A stretch of 64,000 nucleotides of DNA, from the IMG/VR virus record IMGVR_UViG_3300033142_000925, positions 1 to 64,000 of that record; one strand, 5' to 3'. A program made the translations under genes and the position numbers. This DNA comes from a virus. The notes beneath the pieces were generated by a model. It was given only the letters and a program-made list of their open reading frames with translations. It made no database searches and had not been told where the DNA came from. Shown here in pieces: positions 57,075 to 64,000 of this stretch (within the stretch, counting starts at the first letter, position 1; every line of letters begins with the position of its first letter).

Positions 57075-57851
57075 CTACGGTATCTGATCAAGTGTCAGAT
57101 ACGCAATTCCACCCGACGGGGCAGCTATAAGTTCAACCTCATGTACTGCCATCCGTACTTCAATCTGCTCCGTCAACCTTGAAGCCGCAGTAACTATAAC
57201 GAACGTGGTGTTATTCAACCTCACAGAGTATGAGCCCTCTGTGGTCCCTGTTACAATAATACTAACTACGGGAGCGGGAACACCTTCGATCACACCCCCA
57301 CTGCTAACTTCAAGCAACTCAATAACACCGTCGGCATTTCTTCTTACAAATATCACGTTATACTTTGCATAAAACGCCGCGTTGTAACTATCCAAAGCCG
57401 TAGTGGGTACACCATACGGATCAGGAAGAGAACTTTGACCGGTCAGAGTTACACGTCTAAGGCCACCCGTGGTAGCCTCATCATAATTGTTAGTAGCAGC
57501 ACATTGAACTACTATCCAATAAGTAGCTCCGGCAACTAATGGAAAAGCTGCGATAACAGCAGAGTACCAACCCACCGTATTTAATATCGTTGTACCCCTT
57601 CCGATGGCACTTACAATATTTCCGGGTCGATCATTTCCAGAATCATGATCATATAGAGCTATTTCAAAATCTTCAGAGGTATTCGACGCCAATGATTGAT
57701 ACCAGCCAAGTTCCTTAATTTCGTTTACACCCGCCGGGGCCGTGACCTTTATACCAATGGCGCTGTCACCCAAAGATTCACTTGTTCCAACGGGATCAAC
57801 TGTAGGCGCAGTTAATACAAACCCCGCATTGGTTCCTGTTACTATAGCCAT
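57075..57851 (-). CDS. Putative virion protein: N-terminal beta domain + C-terminal module paralogous to 57867..58154
   Basis: C-terminal ~93 aa nearly colinear with the neighbouring 95-aa protein. Confidence 0.65.
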   Translation of the reverse strand: MAIVTGTNAGFVLTAPTVDPVGTSESLGDSAIGIKVTAPAGVNEIKELGWYQSLASNTSEDFEIALYDHDSGNDRPGNIVSAIGRGTTILNTVGWYSAVIAAFPLVAGATYWIVVQCAATNNYDEATTGGLRRVTLTGQSSLPDPYGVPTTALDSYNAAFYAKYNVIFVRRNADGVIELLEVSSGGVIEGVPAPVVSIIVTGTTEGSYSVRLNNTTFVIVTAASRLTEQIEVRMAVHEVELIAAPSGGIAYLTLDQIP

Positions 57852-57866
57852 CTATTCGTCCCCCGC

Positions 57867-58154
57867 TTACGGCATCTGATCGAGAGTGAGATATGCAATT
57901 CCGCCTGCCGGTACAGCTACAAGTTCAACCTCGTTCACTGACATTCTAACAAAAATCTGCTTGGTCAACTGAGCCGCCGCCGTGAGTATCACAAACGTGG
58001 TATTGTTCAACCGAACAGAATACGATCCCGCTGTAGCCCCGGATACAATGATACTTGTTACCGGAGCCGGAATGCCGTCAAGAGGTGTAGCATCACTGTT
58101 CGTGGCATTCATCTCAATGATACCGTCTGCCCTTCTTAAAATTGCTAAAGCCAT
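57867..58154 (-). CDS. Putative small virion/decoration protein
   Basis: GAGGAG RBS; paralog of the preceding C-terminal module. Confidence 0.65.
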   Translation of the reverse strand: MALAILRRADGIIEMNATNSDATPLDGIPAPVTSIIVSGATAGSYSVRLNNTTFVILTAAAQLTKQIFVRMSVNEVELVAVPAGGIAYLTLDQMP

Positions 58155-58174
58155 TTGTTACTCCTCATGCTTAA

Positions 58175-58549
58175 TTATAGCACGTTCCGCCACTCCCAAA
58201 GAGTGCCGGTCTTGTCTGCTTCTATCAATAGAACCTTATCCTCATCCACGCACCGTAACCCGATGAGCCACACATGACTTCTGCTTGTGGACCCTCCACT
58301 TACGGATACCTGAACTGAGGTTCTTTTCCTGTATTCAATTTTAGTCTTTCCCATCTCGGGGAACTTGATACGACGCCCACCGTGTATGATGAACGTGTTA
58401 CTCACGCAATCCACATAAATGGAGTTCGCATTCCATAGGAACATGATCGACTTGATCTGATCCTTGATAGCGAATAGGTCTTCGAACTTTACTTCGTGAG
58501 GGCTGGGTTCATTCTCAACCGACACGATTATTTCCAGTTTATCTTCCAC
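58175..58549 (-). CDS. Hypothetical protein
   Basis: 124-aa ORF with RBS filling an intergenic space. Confidence 0.55.
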   Translation of the reverse strand: MEDKLEIIVSVENEPSPHEVKFEDLFAIKDQIKSIMFLWNANSIYVDCVSNTFIIHGGRRIKFPEMGKTKIEYRKRTSVQVSVSGGSTSRSHVWLIGLRCVDEDKVLLIEADKTGTLWEWRNVL

Positions 58550-58566
58550 TTCTCTCTTCTCCTGAG

Positions 58567-58595
58567 AAAATGCACAAACCCCCGATTAAGGGGGT
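58567..58595 (-). terminator. Probable intrinsic terminator
   Basis: ACCCCC-TTAATC-GGGGGT followed by TTGTGCATTTT. Confidence 0.55.
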
Positions 58596-58600
58596 AGCGC

Positions 58601-59134
58601 TTACTGTTCGTCGTACTGGAAAGTGATCGTTTTTTGGTTGAGCCCTCCTGCGGGAGTGTTCTCGGTCACATCCAGTTGCAGAACTATCCAATCGCTGTAC
58701 GCCGGGGCCGCAGTGATCTGGCCCGAAAGCCCGCCGCCTATCCCGATGTTGGCGCTGGCCGGTTCTACTTCAGGCATGACTTGATCCGCATCTGCCGAGT
58801 CCGCTTCAATAGGCCCACCTACAAGGTAGGACGCTGCTGAGTAACCCGATATACGTAGATTTGTAGACATGCCCTCTTCTGTTAGCCATCCACCACCGAG
58901 ATTCGACAACCATATTTTGATGTTGTCCACGATGGTGGACCCACCCATATCAGACACGAATAACCGGAGCCACTTCTCGAAAGCGTGACCGTCGGCTTGC
59001 GCGGTTATAGGGTAAGTTGCAGGGACCAACTCCGAAGAGTCATCGGACCCCATATTGATATTGTTCGGATCGACCGTTTCTACGGAACCGGCCTGCGGAC
59101 CATTTGTCTCCGCTATGACGACTGTGGCAGCCAT
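58601..59134 (-). CDS. Putative virion protein
   Basis: Ends SDWIVLQL.V...FQYDE; two genes downstream of the MCP. Confidence 0.55.
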   Translation of the reverse strand: MAATVVIAETNGPQAGSVETVDPNNINMGSDDSSELVPATYPITAQADGHAFEKWLRLFVSDMGGSTIVDNIKIWLSNLGGGWLTEEGMSTNLRISGYSAASYLVGGPIEADSADADQVMPEVEPASANIGIGGGLSGQITAAPAYSDWIVLQLDVTENTPAGGLNQKTITFQYDEQ

Positions 59135-59137
59135 GGG

Positions 59138-59461
59138 TTATTCAGCCCACGCAAGCCATGTCACGATCAGAGCATCCCCGGAGGTATCAGTTCCGCCTGT
59201 ATTGTCAATTTCAGCGTCCACTCGGATCAACTGACCCTCATCAGTATTCAAAACAAACTCTGCGGTCCTATCTACCAGTGCAGCGGTTGTGGTTGTCACC
59301 TCAATAACGCTCACAAGCTGATCGCCCTTCTTGATGTCAGCAACAGTAAAAATACCTGCGGTGGAACCATCAATAGGTGCCTGACGTACAAAAGGCGTCG
59401 GACGCTCAAGCATCTGTCGCCATATTGGAATAGCTCTCTGGATTCTTTCTTTAAAACTCAT
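59138..59461 (-). CDS. Putative head decoration protein
   Basis: Immediately after the MCP; GGAG RBS before ATG 59461; IDNTGGTDTSGD.L.V.W. Confidence 0.5.
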   Translation of the reverse strand: MSFKERIQRAIPIWRQMLERPTPFVRQAPIDGSTAGIFTVADIKKGDQLVSVIEVTTTTAALVDRTAEFVLNTDEGQLIRVDAEIDNTGGTDTSGDALIVTWLAWAE

Positions 59462-59546
59462 TTCATTTTCTCCTCGATCAAGATAACCGGGAGCCCTCAT
59501 TGAGGACCCCCGTTATGAATAATCTCAATTCAAAAGGTCAACGACC

Positions 59547-60941
59547 TTAGAACCAACCGAGATTAGCTGGACTGACATTTTTGATGTAAGCGTGCTGCTC
59601 TTCTTTCTTCAGCGCCAAGGCACCAAATAAGAGCATGAGGAAAGGATACACGGCTTCATTTGTGGGATACAAATCGAATTTCATTAATGGCAAAAATTGA
59701 AACCACTCTATCGCATCGTATATCTCATCCATGGTAAGGATGAAGATGTCAGATGTTCCGGGGAGGCTCGCATTGTCGTCAACGATTGCATCTGCATCGC
59801 CGTCCACATAGGTTGAAAAATATCCCATGAAACGAACATCGCTGCCGTCGGCTGCACCCACTTTGGACCTGTATACCGCATAAGCGGTGATCGAGGCGTC
59901 AGGGGTAACCGATACGGAAAATACGTTCGTATCGCCGACAGTCGTAATAGTATCAGAATCTTCAGTGGAGGCAAGGCCCTCACCATATCGATTCACTGCG
60001 GAAACTTTATAGTGATACTCACCAAGGTCCCCTGCTGCAAAGTACGAATCGCCGGTTGCTGTTCTGGTAATGCTGTTGATGGTGACCTGTGCAGGTCGAA
60101 GCGCTGTCAGGGTTGAAGCTACGGGAGCCGCACCTTCGTTGATGAATACGTCATCGAGCATTTCCAGTTTCCCGAATGGAGTCGGATACTCATTGAATAT
60201 GGCAGCACCAACATCCTGACCTGACTGAAACCGCACGCGATCTCTGATCAAGTTCTGAAGATCCTGATGGACCATGGTGGAAGAAAGCAGCAAGCTACCT
60301 TTTCCATACTGATCACGAATCTGGCGTGAGCCATCATTGATCAGTTTTTCTACCGATGAACCGGAAGCAGTCGCCCCACGTGCATCAAGCACATTGGATG
60401 TAGCCTGCTGTTTGATTCCTTTCGGCTGTTCGGGAAAGATTGTGTCATTCCCGTTAAACATTGCCTTCTCAACTTCGCGGATTACCCACAAAGCTCCGGC
60501 ATTCTGTTCAATGGTCAGGGCATTCTCGATCATGTTCGAGAGAGTCGCCTGCAAAGTCGCCTTTCGGAGAGTCTGCAAGTACTTGGCTGTCTCATACACA
60601 CGAGCAATGGTCTGGTCAGCTTCCTGACTCTGGCCACCTTCAGGCACCCATGCTCCATCGCTGGAACCTACTGCCGTACGCTTGTCCCACTGGTGAACAG
60701 GGCTGGCTATGGGTTTCTTTTTCACCCGCTGGAAGAGGCGAGCCTCATCCTGCGACCACAACACGTTTACGAGCGTGTTTTCAAGGGATTCCGGGATCAA
60801 TGCACGGCCACCAGCAAACCCGCTGGCGTCTACACCTGATCCGGCTTCTAACGCTTTAGTGAGTTCCTGTAGGACCTCAACGTTACCGAAGTCTCCGTGT
60901 CCCACGAAGTTCTGAGGGAATAGTTCAGGATTTATGTTCAT
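59547..60941 (-). CDS. Major capsid protein
   Basis: GGRALIPESLE N-terminus, E...F.G, Ig-like insertion YKVSAVNRYGE, LPLMKFDL...FGAL...IKNV; follows protease and scaffold. Confidence 0.9.
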   Translation of the reverse strand: MNINPELFPQNFVGHGDFGNVEVLQELTKALEAGSGVDASGFAGGRALIPESLENTLVNVLWSQDEARLFQRVKKKPIASPVHQWDKRTAVGSSDGAWVPEGGQSQEADQTIARVYETAKYLQTLRKATLQATLSNMIENALTIEQNAGALWVIREVEKAMFNGNDTIFPEQPKGIKQQATSNVLDARGATASGSSVEKLINDGSRQIRDQYGKGSLLLSSTMVHQDLQNLIRDRVRFQSGQDVGAAIFNEYPTPFGKLEMLDDVFINEGAAPVASTLTALRPAQVTINSITRTATGDSYFAAGDLGEYHYKVSAVNRYGEGLASTEDSDTITTVGDTNVFSVSVTPDASITAYAVYRSKVGAADGSDVRFMGYFSTYVDGDADAIVDDNASLPGTSDIFILTMDEIYDAIEWFQFLPLMKFDLYPTNEAVYPFLMLLFGALALKKEEQHAYIKNVSPANLGWF

Positions 60942-61622
60942 TTAATTACCCTCCTTCATGAGCGCTTCAACCTTCTGGTCTACCCGGTCATTCCGGTTTC
61001 CCAGTTGGTTCTTGTTGATGCGTCCCTCGATCATACCGGCCTCAGTGAGGTCGATCTTCCCGGCGCGGACCCATTCTCGTGATTTCTGAAGCACGGTCAT
61101 ATTGTCGTACTCCACTTTCCCGCCTTCAAATCGGCTCTTATTCAGAACCTTGACGGACTGGCTTCGAACCGGAGTGCCCCCGATCTGACGGATCATATCG
61201 GCTGTACTTTTTTCGAGTTTGGCAGTCATCAGGAGAACTTCTCCCTGACTCTTCACCATTTTCTCTACCCGGTTGAACTTTGCCTGCATGGACTTGCTTA
61301 GCTGCATGATGGTTTCATCCATCGCTTTAGTAAGCTGGCGCAGGAAAGGTTCGACATCAATTGCCGCAGCCGCGTTCGGATCTTCGGCAAGGATTTCAGA
61401 GATGGACTTTTCGTAATCCATATCCTCTTCTTCCTCTTCCTCAGACTCGTCTTCGTCTTCGGCATCTTTTGACTTGCCCTTGGGCTCGTCGTCATCTTTG
61501 GCCTTCCGAAGTGATTCTTCCGAATCGGATTCCAACGACTTCTGGAGGTCGGTCAAGGCGTCGTTGAAATCCTTTTCGATGAGTTCATCATCCAGAAGAA
61601 CTTCTTGTATTGCTTCACTCAT
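60942..61622 (-). CDS. Putative scaffolding protein
   Basis: Acidic/coiled coil with repeated KS/KA sites, between protease and MCP. Confidence 0.65.
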   Translation of the reverse strand: MSEAIQEVLLDDELIEKDFNDALTDLQKSLESDSEESLRKAKDDDEPKGKSKDAEDEDESEEEEEEDMDYEKSISEILAEDPNAAAAIDVEPFLRQLTKAMDETIMQLSKSMQAKFNRVEKMVKSQGEVLLMTAKLEKSTADMIRQIGGTPVRSQSVKVLNKSRFEGGKVEYDNMTVLQKSREWVRAGKIDLTEAGMIEGRINKNQLGNRNDRVDQKVEALMKEGN

Positions 61623-61648
61623 ACTGTGAAACCCTCCAAGTGATATTT

Positions 61649-62446
61649 TTACCTTCCCGCCCCAACAACGTTAGGGATTTTCCGGGATAGGTAGTTGATA
61701 ATTTTAGCTGCTGAATTGCCTTCATATCCTCTATCGTATACGAAGTTAAGCATGTCATTATAGCTACCAATCTTATTATCTCTGACTGCTTTTAAAAGGT
61801 CACCAAACATTCCCCGTAGTTCTTCCGGGGGAACCATATTGTCGACCGTTGATCCCTGAAGACTCTCAGGACTGAGGGCACGACCGCCTGTAAATACAGA
61901 CGCATCTACTCCACCACCCGCCATGAGTGCTTTAGCGAAAGCGGCGAACGGTACCATCTGAACACCACCAAGAGTCCCATCATTGACGGGCCTATGTGTG
62001 ATCGCGGTTTCGTCCCATATAACTTGCTTGATTGCATTCTCGCTCTTTTGGAGAATACCACCACCGATTGAAGCGCCGAGGCGCTTTGCCCCACTCTGGA
62101 TATTCTTCCAAACCTTCTGTGCGATGTCGTTGGCCTGATACAGATAACCTTTTACAAGGGTCCTGTGATCTTTAGTGAACTTCACTTCCAACGGTTCGCC
62201 GATGATGAATCCCGGATCATGTGTCGCTTTATGCTTGTGATCCCACGATAGAACACCGTGCGAGAGGAAGTAGTCGGCGGCTTTCTGTAAGGCCGCCATG
62301 TCTACGGTCTCTCCGTCCTGATCTTTCATCTCGTTAGAGGCTTGGAGATAGACTATCCACTGCCCATTTTCTTCGGCGCCCTTGATAAGGACATCGCTGA
62401 ATGGGCTGTAGAATGGGTTGCTAAGCTGTGCAATTCCCTGTCTCAT
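61649..62446 (-). CDS. Prohead protease
   Basis: ASNEMKDQDGE, WDH, IGEP, GASIGG, AITHRPVN. Confidence 0.85.
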   Translation of the reverse strand: MRQGIAQLSNPFYSPFSDVLIKGAEENGQWIVYLQASNEMKDQDGETVDMAALQKAADYFLSHGVLSWDHKHKATHDPGFIIGEPLEVKFTKDHRTLVKGYLYQANDIAQKVWKNIQSGAKRLGASIGGGILQKSENAIKQVIWDETAITHRPVNDGTLGGVQMVPFAAFAKALMAGGGVDASVFTGGRALSPESLQGSTVDNMVPPEELRGMFGDLLKAVRDNKIGSYNDMLNFVYDRGYEGNSAAKIINYLSRKIPNVVGAGR

Positions 62447-62463
62447 CGTTTCACTCTCCCATT

Positions 62464-62509
62464 AAAAAAACCCATCTCACCTGATATTGCAATATCAGCC
62501 AAGATGGGG
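62464..62509 (-). terminator. Intrinsic terminator immediately upstream of the prohead protease RBS
   Basis: CCCATCT..CTGATATTGCAATATCAG..AGATGGG followed by TTTTTTT. Confidence 0.75.
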
Positions 62510-62574
62510 CTTCAATGAGCCTCTTTTAGTAAAGGTCCAAATGGTCACTCGGGAATCCATTTGCCTTAATTAAA

Positions 62575-62973
62575 CTATACCACAGGATGGCCGTTTGAAA
62601 CAAGTGCTTTGCAGTGGCGACATTTCACCTCCACAAGTGCCTTCTCTAACCCTCGACCTTTCAACAGAAGAGCGCCGCAATCAGGACACCGAAACTCATC
62701 AAGGTCCCCTCCAATCACAAGATTGAAACTCTTCTTGACTGTTTTCTTCCAATCCTTCTTGCCGCCCTTCCACTCATCCACTGTTTGCTTCTTCTTCGCT
62801 CGTTCCTTACTGAACTTCGGTTTGAACTCACCCGTCCGGGCCATACGTTTATAGATTCCTACAATGTACTCGTAGTCCTCACCGTGACCTTGTTCTTCGG
62901 CGCGTTCTTTGGCGAGCTTCCACTTCTCTTCGTCGAAGGGCTCACCATGTACCGTCTTCCAGTTAGGAGGCAT
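62575..62973 (-). CDS. Protein with C-terminal Mu Com-like Zn ribbon
   Basis: EFRCPDCGALLLKG...VEVKCRHCKALV matches the Com pattern RC..C.KLL......IKC..C. Confidence 0.65.
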   Translation of the reverse strand: MPPNWKTVHGEPFDEEKWKLAKERAEEQGHGEDYEYIVGIYKRMARTGEFKPKFSKERAKKKQTVDEWKGGKKDWKKTVKKSFNLVIGGDLDEFRCPDCGALLLKGRGLEKALVEVKCRHCKALVSNGHPVV

Positions 62974-62978
62974 TTGAT

Positions 62979-63290
62979 TTATTCGCCGAATACTTTCGGA
63001 AAGCTCTTCACCAAAAGGTCTAACTCCACGGCGGAAAGAGAGCGGGCTGCAAGTCTTTTCATTGCAACGCGAAGGTCTTCCACATCCAACGGTTTCACTT
63101 TCTTCGCTTTCGCTTTGGGTGCTTTCACAACTTCTGCTTCACTGGTTTTCTCAACCGCTCCCTCATCAGGCTCGGTTGCCGGGGTCTCAACGGTGGGAGT
63201 ATCTGCTCCGGTTTCGTTGATCTCTTCGTCCTTAGATTTTTCGTCTCCTGCTGTCAGCACATCGGCCTCCTTGTCTTTGTCTCTTGCCAT
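62979..63290 (-). CDS. Hypothetical acidic protein
   Basis: AAGGAG RBS before ATG 63290. Confidence 0.55.
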   Translation of the reverse strand: MARDKDKEADVLTAGDEKSKDEEINETGADTPTVETPATEPDEGAVEKTSEAEVVKAPKAKAKKVKPLDVEDLRVAMKRLAARSLSAVELDLLVKSFPKVFGE

Positions 63291-63385
63291 CGGTTTGTCT
63301 CCTTGCCCGCTCTTCACGGGTTATTTAATACTCTAAGTATATCACAGGTCCAACGGACCTCAAAACCTTGTTCTGCTATAATTGT

Positions 63386-64000
63386 CTAATTCCACGGGGT
63401 CGGTTTGATCAATTTTTCAGGATCGTCTATAGGCTTCTGAAGCCTTGCGCCCTCCCGCATAGCCGCCTCCATAGACGCTCTGAACTTCGCATCGATGTCC
63501 TCAAACCCCTGAATGTACTTCACCCACGTACATCGACAGTGCGGGTGCTGAGTCCCAGCAGCTACCCACCAGTCAGCACGTCGGCGGCCATAGTTGTCTT
63601 TCCCCGGCCAGATCGCAGTGTACATTGTACCATCTATCATTACCTGATCGCCACTGTCAGGGGGTTCCGGCAATAGGACCACGACCCTATCATTCACTTG
63701 ACCCACACAAAACGGGCACGCCTCCGATGAGGATATGCCCTTCATGAATATCGTTTCATCCGGTCGCGCCCGGTCCATCTCTGTAATGAGTTGACCGTTG
63801 TTCATGGAGTTTCCGATCTCGGTCTCAGCTATACGCCGCCAGTCCCGATTCATCTCTCCGAACTTATCGAATAGATTCTCCCGGAGTTCCCGGTGACTCT
63901 GCCGATTCTTGATACCAGTTTGTAGGGTGTCATGGATCTTTTTGTACTGGTTCTGCTTCAGGTCCACAATCAACTCACCAGCGTGTTGCTGAGCAAAAGC
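63386..64000 (-). CDS. Head morphogenesis protein (Mu F / SPP1 gp7-like), 5'-truncated by the window edge
   Basis: RDWRRIAETE, ACPFC, HPHCRC; frame open to the window end. Confidence 0.8.
   Translation of the reverse strand, partial: AFAQQHAGELIVDLKQNQYKKIHDTLQTGIKNRQSHRELRENLFDKFGEMNRDWRRIAETEIGNSMNNGQLITEMDRARPDETIFMKGISSSEACPFCVGQVNDRVVVLLPEPPDSGDQVMIDGTMYTAIWPGKDNYGRRRADWWVAAGTQHPHCRCTWVKYIQGFEDIDAKFRASMEAAMREGARLQKPIDDPEKLIKPTPWN

Noticed and set aside
57053-58549. Two genes both starting MEDK with 12 identical nt
   Set aside because: Similarity does not extend further; likely chance
1-64000. CRISPR array, tRNA genes, integrase, stop-codon reassignment
   Set aside because: No regularly spaced repeats, cloverleafs or recombinase motifs seen by eye; genes are full length and dense under the standard code

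Overview
64 kb of a large tailed dsDNA phage with a contractile tail (myovirus; SPO1/Herelleviridae-like module content, host not determinable here). Essentially all credible genes are on the minus strand and tightly packed, so the plus-strand ORFs are antisense shadows. In transcription order (high to low coordinates): head module (F-like head morphogenesis protein, Com-like Zn ribbon, prohead protease, scaffold, major capsid), an ~11 kb block of head-associated/fibre-like proteins with small Cys-rich genes interleaved, neck, tail sheath, tail tube, tail chaperone, tape measure, baseplate, two paralogous tail fibres, overlapping membrane/lysis genes, then a sigma70-type promoter driving a sigma factor plus replication/recombination operon (initiator, DnaC-like loader, DnaB, primase, DUF3102 protein, tubulin/FtsZ-family GTPase, UvsY-like, SSB, RecA, SbcCD, HNH, DinG, DUF550, RuvC-like, 5'-3' exonuclease, UDG-PolA), terminase and a C39-like peptidase. 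Main observations not in the ORF track: (1) a complete 258-nt ORF-less group I intron interrupting the tail tube gene, with a missed first exon; (2) a Com-like protein gene followed by a tandem GA(G/A)NNYC motif abutting an intrinsic terminator that stands in front of the capsid operon (candidate antitermination switch); (3) a tubulin/FtsZ-family GTPase translationally coupled to a DUF3102-coiled-coil gene inside the replication operon; (4) a probable +1 frameshift at TTT-CGC in the tail chaperone; (5) repeated intergenic motifs (CAAATGG-N12-CCATTTG; CTTGTTCTGCTATAAT); (6) a nested spanin-like gene pair lacking a lipobox. All functional calls come from motif recognition by eye; no database searches were run.
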